Shown here piece after piece: positions 35,886-44,311 of a DNA stretch of 59,449 bases (position 1 is its first letter; each line of letters opens with the position of its first letter). The notes under the pieces are model-generated. The model saw only the letters and a program-made list of their open reading frames with translations. It was not told the DNA's origin and did no database searches. Source of the DNA: Natronospirales bacterium. Lineage in GTDB: Bacteria > Pseudomonadota > Gammaproteobacteria > Natronospirales > REEB76. The stretch spans positions 1 through 59,449 of the forward strand of contig JAGXAL010000002.1 in assembly GCA_018971605.1 (NCBI GenBank), read 5' to 3'. The position numbers and the translations under genes were made by a program.

Positions 35886-36178
35886 GTCCCGAGGCGGTAC
35901 TCTATAGCGCGGGCCTCTGTGGCCTGCTGACCTTGGCGGCGTTCGGCTACGGGGCGTTCTACGTGGGCAGCAAGATGCTCGCCGTTAAGCTGATTTATGG
36001 CGCGCATGGTTGCTACTTCATTGTGGCGGCGCTCGCGATTCTGATCTTTCTGTCCACCCCGTTGGGGATCGGTTGGAAGATCCTAATCGTTGCGAGCGCC
36101 GTGGTGTACGCCGCGGTGCCGCCAGTGACGTGGCGTTTTCTCGTGAAGCTGCATGCGCCAGAGGAGCAGCACTCATGA
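35882..36178 (+). CDS. small 3-TM membrane protein, paralog of 32259..32558
   Basis: ATGA overlap with norB2. The C-terminus is VPPVTWRFLVKLHAPEEQH. Confidence 0.6.
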   Translation: MSPEAVLYSAGLCGLLTLAAFGYGAFYVGSKMLAVKLIYGAHGCYFIVAALAILIFLSTPLGIGWKILIVASAVVYAAVPPVTWRFLVKLHAPEEQHS

Positions 36179-36510
36179 TTCCGAATATTCTCAATACCTG
36201 TGTCGGGCTGTTTCTGTCCTACCTGGTCATCATCCGGCCGCTATGGATCGAAAGACAGTTTTTCCCGCTGTTGGTATTCGCCGCCGTGATGTTCCTGCTG
36301 GCGCTCTGGGCACGGCGTACGGATCCGGCGCGCTGGTTCAGCACCATGAATATGGTGCTCGCGGTATTGCTTGGGGTCTTGGCGCTTTTGCCGCTCCCTC
36401 TGTTGCCGAATCTCACTTTCTGGGGCGGGTTCTGGGTCGGCATTCTGGTGCCGGTGGTGGCGCTGTGGGCGGCTCTCTACAAGCCCGAGTCACCGGCGGT
36501 GGAACCATGA
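36175..36510 (+). CDS. small 4-TM membrane protein, paralog of 32555..32890
   Basis: ATGA overlap with the preceding gene. High similarity to the copy 1 protein along its whole length. Confidence 0.6.
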   Translation: MIPNILNTCVGLFLSYLVIIRPLWIERQFFPLLVFAAVMFLLALWARRTDPARWFSTMNMVLAVLLGVLALLPLPLLPNLTFWGGFWVGILVPVVALWAALYKPESPAVEP

Positions 36511-36574
36511 CGCGCTGCGGCACTGAGCTGCAGCATCATTGCGAGATTCAATCAAGCTTGAGGAGGAAGCGATC

Positions 36575-36931
36575 GTGAAAAAAATTCTTGTGTTGCTGGC
36601 GGCAGTGTTGTCTCTGGCCTCGGTGCTCCCGGCGGCGCGCGCCGCTGATCCCGCCGCCGGCGCGAAGCTCTACAACGCGACCTGCGTCGCCTGCCATGGG
36701 CAGGATGGCATATCGGTGGCCCCGATTTACCCGAACTTGGCGGGCCAGAAGGAACAGTATCTGGTCACCCAGCTCAAGGCGTTCCGCGACGGTACCCGCG
36801 TCAACCCCATCATGAACCCAATGGCCAAGGGCTTGTCGGATACCGACATCGCCAATCTGGCTTTGTATCTGAGCAGCCTGGGCGCAGCCGTTCCGCCGCC
36901 TGCCGCATCGTCAGGTCAAAGCCAGAGATAA
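36575..36931 (+). CDS. monoheme class I cytochrome c, paralog 2 (with Ala/Pro-rich C-terminal extension)
   Basis: GTG 36575 follows RBS AGGAGG at 36561-36566. Has a signal peptide, CVACHG and [13 protein letters not shown]. Confidence 0.8.
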   Translation: MKKILVLLAAVLSLASVLPAARAADPAAGAKLYNATCVACHGQDGISVAPIYPNLAGQKEQYLVTQLKAFRDGTRVNPIMNPMAKGLSDTDIANLALYLSSLGAAVPPPAASSGQSQR

Positions 36932-36971
36932 ATCCGGGATCGTCGGCGTTCTGCCGGAGCCGCACGGCCAG

Positions 36972-37736
36972 TCAATCTTTGACGAGGCCGCCGTCAACCA
37001 CAAGATTCTGGCCGGTCACCGCGCGCGCCCAGGGTGAGGCGAAAAACAACACCGCGTCGGCAAACTCCTCCGGGGTGGTGACCTGCCGTAGCGGGGTGCT
37101 GGCCGCAATCATGTCGAACACCGCGGCCGGCGTTGCCTTGCTGGCATCGGTGGTACGCAACAGCCCGCCCGACACCATATTCACCGTGATGCCATCCGGC
37201 CCGAGGTCGGCCGCCAGCGTGCGCGTGAGCGCCAGCAGCGCGGCCTTGGCGGCAATGTAATCGTGATAGGCGACCACCGGATTCTGGAATAAATTGCTGC
37301 CGATGTTGATGACGCGTCCGTAGTGTCCCCGGCGCATGGCCGGAGCCGCTGCCTGAATCGTATTGAGCGCGCCGCCGACGCTGCCCTGGAATTGGGCGGC
37401 GAAGGCCTCCCAGCGGATGTCGAGCGCCTTGGCACGGGCCTCGCCGTTGAAGGAATAATCCGGCAGCGCGTTGTTGACCACCGTGGTGATCGGCGCGCCG
37501 AAATGCCGCGCGGCCAAGTCGAACATCGCGCGTACCTGCTCAGGCCGGGTGACGTCCGCGGCCACTGCCAGGCCTTTTTGTCGGCCGAATTCCCGGGCGA
37601 TCATTTCCGCCGGCGCGCGGCTGCGCCGGTAGTTCACCACCACGCACGCGCCTTGTGCGGCGAAGGCCCTGGCTATGGCGATGCCCAGGCCGCGGCCTGC
37701 ACCGGTCACCAGTACGATTTGTTCTGCCAGTTGCAT
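36972..37736 (-). CDS. SDR family oxidoreductase (3-oxoacyl-ACP reductase FabG-like)
   Basis: Contains TGAGRGLG, NNA, the catalytic Y..AK motif (YHDYIAAKAAL), and the C-terminal TGQNLVVDGG. Confidence 0.8.
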   Translation of the reverse strand: MQLAEQIVLVTGAGRGLGIAIARAFAAQGACVVVNYRRSRAPAEMIAREFGRQKGLAVAADVTRPEQVRAMFDLAARHFGAPITTVVNNALPDYSFNGEARAKALDIRWEAFAAQFQGSVGGALNTIQAAAPAMRRGHYGRVINIGSNLFQNPVVAYHDYIAAKAALLALTRTLAADLGPDGITVNMVSGGLLRTTDASKATPAAVFDMIAASTPLRQVTTPEEFADAVLFFASPWARAVTGQNLVVDGGLVKD

Positions 37737-37799
37737 GCAGGCCGTGGGCTTTGTTGAGCGCTCGGTGGCGCAAGCTAGCGAAGACCGTCGTCAAAGTAA

Positions 37800-37813
37800 T
37801 TGATGGGCATCAA
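37800..37813 (-). promoter_or_regulatory. perfect FNR-consensus box TTGATGGGCATCAA, positioned for the SDR gene
   Basis: The minus-strand hexamer TAGCTT (37772-37777) is exactly 32 bp from the box centre. The box lies 70.5 nt upstream of ATG 37736. No -10-like hexamer sits at the equivalent plus-strand position toward metE. Confidence 0.6.
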
Positions 37814-37989
37814 GACGGGACGGGCGCTTCCGCCTCTGAACAGCAAGCCTGCGGGCTCCGCACTTGATGGAAATCATGGACACGGGCAGGCGGCATGCGC
37901 AGCATGCGGCCTTGGTCGCACTGGTAGGCTGGAAGACATTTTTTGCGAAATGCCTGGCGAGCAGAACCGCTGCAAGAGGAACAAGCATC

Positions 37990-40275
37990 ATGGCACTGGT
38001 CACTTACGCGGGATTTCCGCGTATCGGTCTGAAACGCGAGCTTAAGCGCGCGCTGGAAGCCTATTGGCGTGGCGAGATCGCGGCGGACGCGCTGCAGGAC
38101 ACGGCGCGTGCGCTGCGTGCACGCCATTGGAAACTGGGCCGCGATGCCGGCGCGGACATCGTGCCGTGCAACGATTTCAGCCTCTACGACCATGTGCTGG
38201 ATACCGCGGTGCTGTTCGATGCCATTCCCGAGCGTTATCGGCCGGTGTTTGCCAACAACCGGCTGGACGGCTATTTCGCCATGGCCCGCGGGCACAAGCG
38301 CGGCGGCTACGACTTGCACGCGTTGGAAATGACCAAGTGGTTCGACACCAACTACCACTACATCGTGCCCGAGCTGCACGCGGGACAGCGTTTCGCCCTG
38401 CGGGGTGACAAGCCCGTTGCGGAATTTCTCGAGGCCAGGGCGCTGGGCATCTACGCCCGCCCGGTCGTGTTGGGGCCGGTATCGTTTCTGCTGCTGTCCA
38501 AGACCTCCGATCGCAGCCAACCGCTCACGTTGCTTGGCGCTCTGCTGCCGGCTTACACGGCGCTGTTGCAGCGCCTCGCGGCCGCCGGCGCCGATTGGGT
38601 GCAACTGGACGAACCCTGTCTGGTGCTCGACCTCGATGCGGCCGCCCAGGCGGCGCTGCGTCAGGCTTACGCTGCCTTGGCGGCATCCAGCGGTCTCAAG
38701 ATTTTGCTGGCCAGTTATTTCGGCGCGCTCGGCGGCAATCTCGATTTGGCGGTGCAGTTGCCGGTGAACGGCCTGCATGTTGACCTGGTACGCGCACCCG
38801 AACAACTGGATGCGGTACTGGAGGCCTTGTCGCCTGCGCGGGTACTCAGCGCCGGCGTCATCGACGGACGCAACATCTGGCGCAGCCGTCCCGATCAGGT
38901 GTTGCCGCGGCTACAGCGCGCCCAAGCCCGGCTGGGTGCCGAACGTCTGTGGCTGGCGCCGTCCTGCTCCCTGCTGCACGTGCCTATCGACGTGCAGGCC
39001 GAGACCGCGCTGGAACCGGCGCGCCGCGCCGCAATGGCGTTCGCGCGCCAGAAAATCGAGGAGCTGCGCCTTTATGCGGACGCCCTGGCTGGTGGTGCGC
39101 AGGCCGCCGCGTCACTGGCGGCGCAGCAACAGCGCCTGGGTGCACAGGCACAGCTGCCGGGAGTGGTTGATCCCGAAGTGCGCGCGCGGCTGCGCAAACT
39201 CGGCCCGCAGGCGGCACGGCGCCGCTCCGATTATGCCCAGCGCCGCGCGGCGCAGGCCAAAGCGCTGCCGCTGCCGCCGCTGCCGACCACCACCATCGGC
39301 TCGTTCCCGCAAACCGACGAGTTGCGCCAGGCGCGCGCCGCGCAGCGTGCCGGCAAGCTTTCCGCTTCCGACTACGGCCAGCGCATGCGCGCTGAGATCG
39401 AGCGCGTGGTGCGCTTCCAGGAAAACATCGGGCTGGACGTGCTGGTGCACGGCGAACCCGAACGCAACGACATGGTGGAGTATTTCGGCGAACAACTCGA
39501 CGGTTATCTGTTCACCCAGCACGGCTGGGTGCAAAGTTACGGCTCGCGCTGCGTCAAGCCGCCGGTGATCTGGGGCGACATCGCGCGGCGCGCACCCATG
39601 ACCGTCGCCTGGGCGCGCTATGCGCAATCGCTCACCCAGAAACCCGTGAAGGGCATGCTCACCGGCCCGGTCACCATGCTGCAGTGGTCGTTCGTGCGCG
39701 ATGATTTGCCGCGCGCCACGGTCTGCCGGCAGCTCGCGCTGGCGCTGCGCGACGAAGTGCGGGATCTGGAAGCCGCGGGTATCCGCGTGATCCAGATCGA
39801 CGAACCGGCGTTTCGCGAAGGCCTGCCGCTGCGGCGCGCGGACTGGGCCGCGTACCTGGCCTGGGCAGTGGAGTGCTTCCGCATCGCCACGGGCGGCGCC
39901 GGCGACAGCACCCAGATCCACTCGCACATGTGTTACTCGGAATTCAACGACATCATCGAAGCCGTGGCGGCCATGGATGCCGACGTGATTTCCATCGAGA
40001 GCAGCCGTTCGCGCATGCAACTGCTCGAGGCCTTCGTGCGCTTCCGTTATCCGAACGGCATCGGACCCGGGGTTTATGACATTCACTCGCCGCGGGTGCC
40101 GGAAGGCGGCGAGATGCTCGAGCTCCTGCACAAGGCGCTGGGCGTGCTGCAGCCGCAGCAGCTGTGGGTCAATCCCGATTGCGGCCTGAAAACCCGCAAC
40201 TGGTCCGAGGTGGAGCCGGCGCTGCGGCACATGGTGGCCAGCGCGCAAAAACTGCGCAGCGAGCTGCGGCTTTGA
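37990..40275 (+). CDS. metE: cobalamin-independent methionine synthase
   Basis: 761 aa. The N-terminus GFPRIGLKRELKRALEAYW and the C-terminal Zn-site contexts (HMCYSEF, NPDCGLKTR) match MetE. Start taken at MALVTY (ATG 37990). Confidence 0.9.
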   Translation: MALVTYAGFPRIGLKRELKRALEAYWRGEIAADALQDTARALRARHWKLGRDAGADIVPCNDFSLYDHVLDTAVLFDAIPERYRPVFANNRLDGYFAMARGHKRGGYDLHALEMTKWFDTNYHYIVPELHAGQRFALRGDKPVAEFLEARALGIYARPVVLGPVSFLLLSKTSDRSQPLTLLGALLPAYTALLQRLAAAGADWVQLDEPCLVLDLDAAAQAALRQAYAALAASSGLKILLASYFGALGGNLDLAVQLPVNGLHVDLVRAPEQLDAVLEALSPARVLSAGVIDGRNIWRSRPDQVLPRLQRAQARLGAERLWLAPSCSLLHVPIDVQAETALEPARRAAMAFARQKIEELRLYADALAGGAQAAASLAAQQQRLGAQAQLPGVVDPEVRARLRKLGPQAARRRSDYAQRRAAQAKALPLPPLPTTTIGSFPQTDELRQARAAQRAGKLSASDYGQRMRAEIERVVRFQENIGLDVLVHGEPERNDMVEYFGEQLDGYLFTQHGWVQSYGSRCVKPPVIWGDIARRAPMTVAWARYAQSLTQKPVKGMLTGPVTMLQWSFVRDDLPRATVCRQLALALRDEVRDLEAAGIRVIQIDEPAFREGLPLRRADWAAYLAWAVECFRIATGGAGDSTQIHSHMCYSEFNDIIEAVAAMDADVISIESSRSRMQLLEAFVRFRYPNGIGPGVYDIHSPRVPEGGEMLELLHKALGVLQPQQLWVNPDCGLKTRNWSEVEPALRHMVASAQKLRSELRL

Positions 40276-40285
40276 TATTCATCAA
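40272..40285 (+). promoter_or_regulatory. perfect FNR-consensus box TTGATATTCATCAA, overlapping the metE stop and upstream of the PrpD-family gene
   Basis: CAAGAT (40308-40313) is 32 bp from the box centre, but it is a weaker -10 than the others. The box lies 138.5 nt upstream of ATG 40417. Confidence 0.45.
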
Positions 40286-40416
40286 ATCGCAAGCTTGCCT
40301 GGAAACTCAAGATTCTGTTCAGGGTGCCGGTGTTGCGCTTGCGGAACGCACTTGAATTTCGCGGGGCTCGCCCCATTTTTATGACATGCAGGGACGCACA
40401 GCATCCGTGAACTTGC

Positions 40417-41811
40417 ATGACCGAAGTACAAAAACTTGCTGAATTTGTCGAAGCTGCGAATTTCAAAAACCTCAGCAGCGCCGCCGCAGCTCAGCTCAAG
40501 ATCCGCGTGCTGGATACCCTTGGCGTGGCCATCGCGGCCTTGGATGCCGCGCCCATGCGCGCCGTGCATGCGTTGACGAACTCCCTCGGCGGCAACACCG
40601 CAGCCACGCTCATCGGCGGCGGAACGTCAGCGCCGGATCGCGCCGCGTTCCACAACATTGCGCTTAGCCGTTATCTCGATTACATGGACAGTTACCTCGC
40701 GCCCGGAGAAACCTGTCACCCGTCGGACAATATCGGCGCAGTGCTGGCGGCGGCGGAAAGCGCGCAGGCCAGCGGCAAGGATTTCCTGACGGCCGTCGCG
40801 GTGGCCTACCAGGTGCAAACCCGCTTGTCGGATGTGGCGCCGGTGAGGGCGCGCGGCTTCGACCATACGGTGCAGGGCGCCTACGCGGTGCCTGCGGCTG
40901 CCGCCAAAGCCTTGAGGCTGCCCGCCGCGCAGATCGCCAACGCCATCGCGATTTCCGGCACCGCCAACAATGCCTTGCGGGTCACGCGCACCGGCGATCT
41001 GTCCAACTGGAAGGGCCTGGCCTACCCCGAGGTCGGCAAGGAAGGCGTGTTCGCCGCGCTGCTCGCGGGTGCCGGCATCACCGGACCTGCGCAGGTGTTT
41101 GAAGGCAACAAGGGTTTCAAGCAGACCATCGCCGGCAATTTTTCCATCGATTGGTCGCGCGAGGACCTGGAAAGCGTGCTGCGCACCATCATCAAGAAGC
41201 ACAATGCCGAAATCCATTCGCAGTCCACGCTGGACGCCGCGCTCGCGGTCCGCCGGCAGACCGGCTTCGATGCAAGCCGCATCCGCGCGGTGCGCGTCAG
41301 GACTTTCCAGGTGGCTTACGACATCATCGGCGGAGGCGAAGAGGGCGACAAACACTCGATCCGCAGCAAAGAGGAAGCCGACCACTCGCTGCCCTACATG
41401 GTGGCTGCGGCCCTGCTGGATGGCGAGGTGCAGCCGGCGCAGTACGCGCAGGAGCGCATCAGCCGCGGCGACATCCAGGCCTTGCTGCAGAAGGTGATGG
41501 TCTCGCCCGATGCGGGTTTCTCGAAGCGCTTTCCGTCCGAAATGCCGAGTGCCGTCGAAGTTGAATTGGACGACGGCACCCGGCTTTCAACAACCGCCGC
41601 CGTGTATCACGGGTTTCACAGCCAGCCTTTCGACTGGGACGCGGCGCTGGAAAAATTCAATAGGCTGGCGACGCCATTTGCCGGCAATAAATTGCGCGAC
41701 CGCATTGCGGAGACCGTGCAGCGCCTGGATGACCACCCAATACAAGATCTGACACAGCTGCTGGCACAAGTGCCGAGGGAGCGGACAGCATTTACCCGGA
41801 AGGCAGGCTGA
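40417..41811 (+). CDS. MmgE/PrpD family protein (2-methylcitrate dehydratase-like fold)
   Basis: 464 aa. The N-terminal pattern (LAEFV....F..L...A....K....D.LG) and the overall length match PrpD-family members. Confidence 0.75.
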   Translation: MTEVQKLAEFVEAANFKNLSSAAAAQLKIRVLDTLGVAIAALDAAPMRAVHALTNSLGGNTAATLIGGGTSAPDRAAFHNIALSRYLDYMDSYLAPGETCHPSDNIGAVLAAAESAQASGKDFLTAVAVAYQVQTRLSDVAPVRARGFDHTVQGAYAVPAAAAKALRLPAAQIANAIAISGTANNALRVTRTGDLSNWKGLAYPEVGKEGVFAALLAGAGITGPAQVFEGNKGFKQTIAGNFSIDWSREDLESVLRTIIKKHNAEIHSQSTLDAALAVRRQTGFDASRIRAVRVRTFQVAYDIIGGGEEGDKHSIRSKEEADHSLPYMVAAALLDGEVQPAQYAQERISRGDIQALLQKVMVSPDAGFSKRFPSEMPSAVEVELDDGTRLSTTAAVYHGFHSQPFDWDAALEKFNRLATPFAGNKLRDRIAETVQRLDDHPIQDLTQLLAQVPRERTAFTRKAG

Positions 41812-41844
41812 TGCGCCTGCCTCCCCACAGCAAGGAGAACCACC

Positions 41845-42681
41845 ATGTTCAACACCAGTTTTGATTTCATTCCGCGCGCCTATCGTCCGGAGAAGCCGCG
41901 CAAATTCGGCATCACCGAGATCCGCGCGCCGTATTATTCGACCTTTGGCACCCGCCACCTGGCCGACGTGCTCGACGTCGCCGGGCAATGGGTGGACGGC
42001 ATCAAGTGGGCGGGCGGCTCCTTCTCGCTGGTGCCGCGCGAACAGGTGCGCGCCTTCAGCGAGCTCGCGCACAAGCACGATGCCTACGTATCCTCGGGCG
42101 GCTGGATCGAGACCGTGCTGCGCTACGGGCCGGAGGCCGTGGAGAAATATCTCAAGCAAGCCCGGGAAATGGGCTTCGACGTGATCGAGATTTCCGCGGG
42201 CTTCGTGACCATGCCCATGAGCGGCATGTTGCGGCTTATCGAGCAGGTGAAGAAGGCCGGCTTCAAGGCCAAACCCGAACTCGGCATCCAGTTCGGCTCG
42301 GGCGGCGATTCCGGCGAAGCCGAACTGGCCGCGGAAGGCAAGAAAGACACCGGCGATCTGGTCAAACGCGTCAAGCGGGTGCTGGATGCCGGCGCCGACA
42401 TTGTGATGATCGAGTCCGAAGGCATCACCGAGAACGTGGTGAAATGGAACACCGCGCCCGCGGCCGCGGTCATCAACGGCGTGGGCACCGAGCACGTGAT
42501 GTTCGAAGCCGCCGATCCGCCGGTATTCGAGTGGTACATCAAGAATTACGGCAACGAGGTGAACCTGTTCTGCGATCACTCGCAGATCCTGCAACTTGAA
42601 GGCCTGCGCCAGAACATCTGGGGCAACAAGTCTACCTGGGGCCGGGTGGTGAATCCGGCGCCGCTTTCGGCAAAGAAGTGA
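41845..42681 (+). CDS. phosphosulfolactate synthase (ComA) family protein
   Basis: 278 aa. Contains KPRKFGITEIR, DGIKWAGGSFSL, FDVIEISAG and IVMIESEGI, a TIM-barrel pattern I associate with (2R)-phospho-3-sulfolactate synthase. RBS AAGGAG at 41832-41837. Confidence 0.7.
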   Translation: MFNTSFDFIPRAYRPEKPRKFGITEIRAPYYSTFGTRHLADVLDVAGQWVDGIKWAGGSFSLVPREQVRAFSELAHKHDAYVSSGGWIETVLRYGPEAVEKYLKQAREMGFDVIEISAGFVTMPMSGMLRLIEQVKKAGFKAKPELGIQFGSGGDSGEAELAAEGKKDTGDLVKRVKRVLDAGADIVMIESEGITENVVKWNTAPAAAVINGVGTEHVMFEAADPPVFEWYIKNYGNEVNLFCDHSQILQLEGLRQNIWGNKSTWGRVVNPAPLSAKK

Positions 42682-42709
42682 TCCGGCGCGCTGCGCAAGC
42701 GGCGCCGGC

Positions 42710-44122
42710 TTAAGCCAGCACTTTCCCGGGATTCATGATGCCCTGCGGGTCGAGCGCCGCCTTAATGCGGTGCATGAGCGTCATTTCCGCCGGATCCTTG
42801 TAGCGCGACAGCAGCTCGCGCTTGAGCTGGCCCACGCCATGCTCGGCGCTTATGGAACCGCCCGCGGCATGCACCCGGGCGTGCACCAGCGCAAAAATAT
42901 CATCTTGCCGCGCAAGCAATTGGTCTTCGGACCAGTTCGCGCCGCAGGCGACGTTGTAGTGCAGATTGCCGTCGCCCAGGTGGCCGAAGATCACCAGTTC
43001 GATTCCCGGAAACGCCGCCTGCAGTGCCGCACTCGTGTCGCGCACGAATTCCGCCATGCGCGACACCGGAATCGAGATGTCGTGCTTGATGCTCTTGCCG
43101 GCTTCTTTTTCCGCCAGCGGAATACTTTCGCGCAAATGCCAGAGCGCGCGGCTTTGGGCAACGGATTCTGCGATGACCGCATCCTTGACGCAGCCGGCCT
43201 CGATGGCCGCACCCACCACCGCCTCGAAGCGTGCGCGCGCATGCGCTTCGGACTCGCTGTCCGACACTTCCAGGAGCGCGTACCACGGAAGCTTTGCCGA
43301 GGGTCCGTCGAAAGGCAACTGCTGCTGCGGGAAACAACGCACCACTGTGTGCAGGCAGTTGCCGGCCATGAGCTCGAATGCCGTCAGTGATGCGGCGAAG
43401 CCGGCCCGGGCGCGCGCCAGTAAATCAATCGCGGCTTCGATGGAATCCAGAGCCAGCAGGGCGGTGCATTGCGCGACCGGCAGCGGGTAGAGCTTGAGCG
43501 TGGCCGCAGTGATCACGCCGAGCGTACCTTCGCTGCCGATGAAGAGATCCCGCAGATCGTAGCCGCTGTTGTCCTTGCGCAGGCCCCGCAAGCCGTGCCA
43601 GACCTCGCCCTGCGCCGTGACCACCTCCAGCCCCAGCGTGAGTTCGCGCATGCTGCCGTAGCGCAGCACTTGCGTGCCACCGGCATTGGTCGCGAGATTC
43701 CCGCCGATGGTGCAGCTGCCTTCGGCCGCGAGACTCAGCGGGAACAAGCGGCCCGCGTCGCGCGCCGCCTGTTGCACCGCTTGCAGGATGCAGCCGGCCT
43801 CGACTTCCATGCTGTCGTTGGCGGTGTCGATGCCGCGAATCCGGTTGAGGCGCTGCAGCAACAGGATCAACGCCCGGCCGGAGGCGTCCGGCGTGGCTCC
43901 GCCGCACAACCCCGTATTGCCGCCCTGCGGCACGAGCGGGATGCCGGCTTGGGCACAGTGGCGCACCACGGCGGCGACTTCGCCGGTGGATGCCGGCCGT
44001 ACGGCGGCAAGCGCGCGCCCGCTGTAGCGTCCGCGCCAGTCCACGGCGAACGCTTGGGCATCCGCGCCGGTCAATACCTGCGATGCGCCCACGATTTCCC
44101 GCAATGCGTCCAACTGGTCCAC
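42710..44122 (-). CDS. FAD-linked oxidase (GlcD / D-2-hydroxyacid dehydrogenase family)
   Basis: FAD-binding PCMH-type domain (VVPQGGNTGLCGG). I placed the start at GTG 44122 (VDQLDALREIVG), giving about 470 aa. The longer track ORF adds a Cys/Arg-rich extension, so the start is uncertain. Confidence 0.75.
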   Translation of the reverse strand: MDQLDALREIVGASQVLTGADAQAFAVDWRGRYSGRALAAVRPASTGEVAAVVRHCAQAGIPLVPQGGNTGLCGGATPDASGRALILLLQRLNRIRGIDTANDSMEVEAGCILQAVQQAARDAGRLFPLSLAAEGSCTIGGNLATNAGGTQVLRYGSMRELTLGLEVVTAQGEVWHGLRGLRKDNSGYDLRDLFIGSEGTLGVITAATLKLYPLPVAQCTALLALDSIEAAIDLLARARAGFAASLTAFELMAGNCLHTVVRCFPQQQLPFDGPSAKLPWYALLEVSDSESEAHARARFEAVVGAAIEAGCVKDAVIAESVAQSRALWHLRESIPLAEKEAGKSIKHDISIPVSRMAEFVRDTSAALQAAFPGIELVIFGHLGDGNLHYNVACGANWSEDQLLARQDDIFALVHARVHAAGGSISAEHGVGQLKRELLSRYKDPAEMTLMHRIKAALDPQGIMNPGKVLA

Positions 44123-44311
44123 GGCCTGGAATTCCCGTATCGATCCGATGAATGGAGTCCATTGTAATCGGCACGAGTTGCAGCGTGCTTGTTTTGCCGT
44201 GAAAGTACCGTGGGGACAGGCCCGCTGGCATGCACCGCCCCGCCGCGCGCCTGGAGTAGTGGACGCCGGCGACATCCGGAATAGAATGCGCGGCAGCGGA
44301 AGGTGAAACCC

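Larger units (their letters stand above)
33871..36931 (+). repeat. tandem paralogous five-gene nor cassette, copy 2
   Basis: See copy 1. I found no Crp/Fnr-type box in the 610 bp upstream of this copy. Confidence 0.85.

Noticed and set aside
37737-37989. A possible cobalamin or SAM riboswitch in the metE leader
   Set aside because: I could not find a B12-box (the AGYCMGGAGACCKGCC-like or GCCACTG core) or SAM-I/II conserved cores by eye. Only a GAAGACCG fragment occurs, at 37781, too close to the divergent SDR start to be part of a full aptamer. This needs an Infernal scan and is not reported as a feature.
40363-40380. A GGGG-CTCG-CCCC hairpin followed by TTTTT, considered as the metE intrinsic terminator
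   Set aside because: The stem is only 4 bp (5 bp with an impossible 2-nt loop), which is too weak to call. It also lies between a candidate promoter box and the next gene, so its role is ambiguous. It is mentioned in a finding only.
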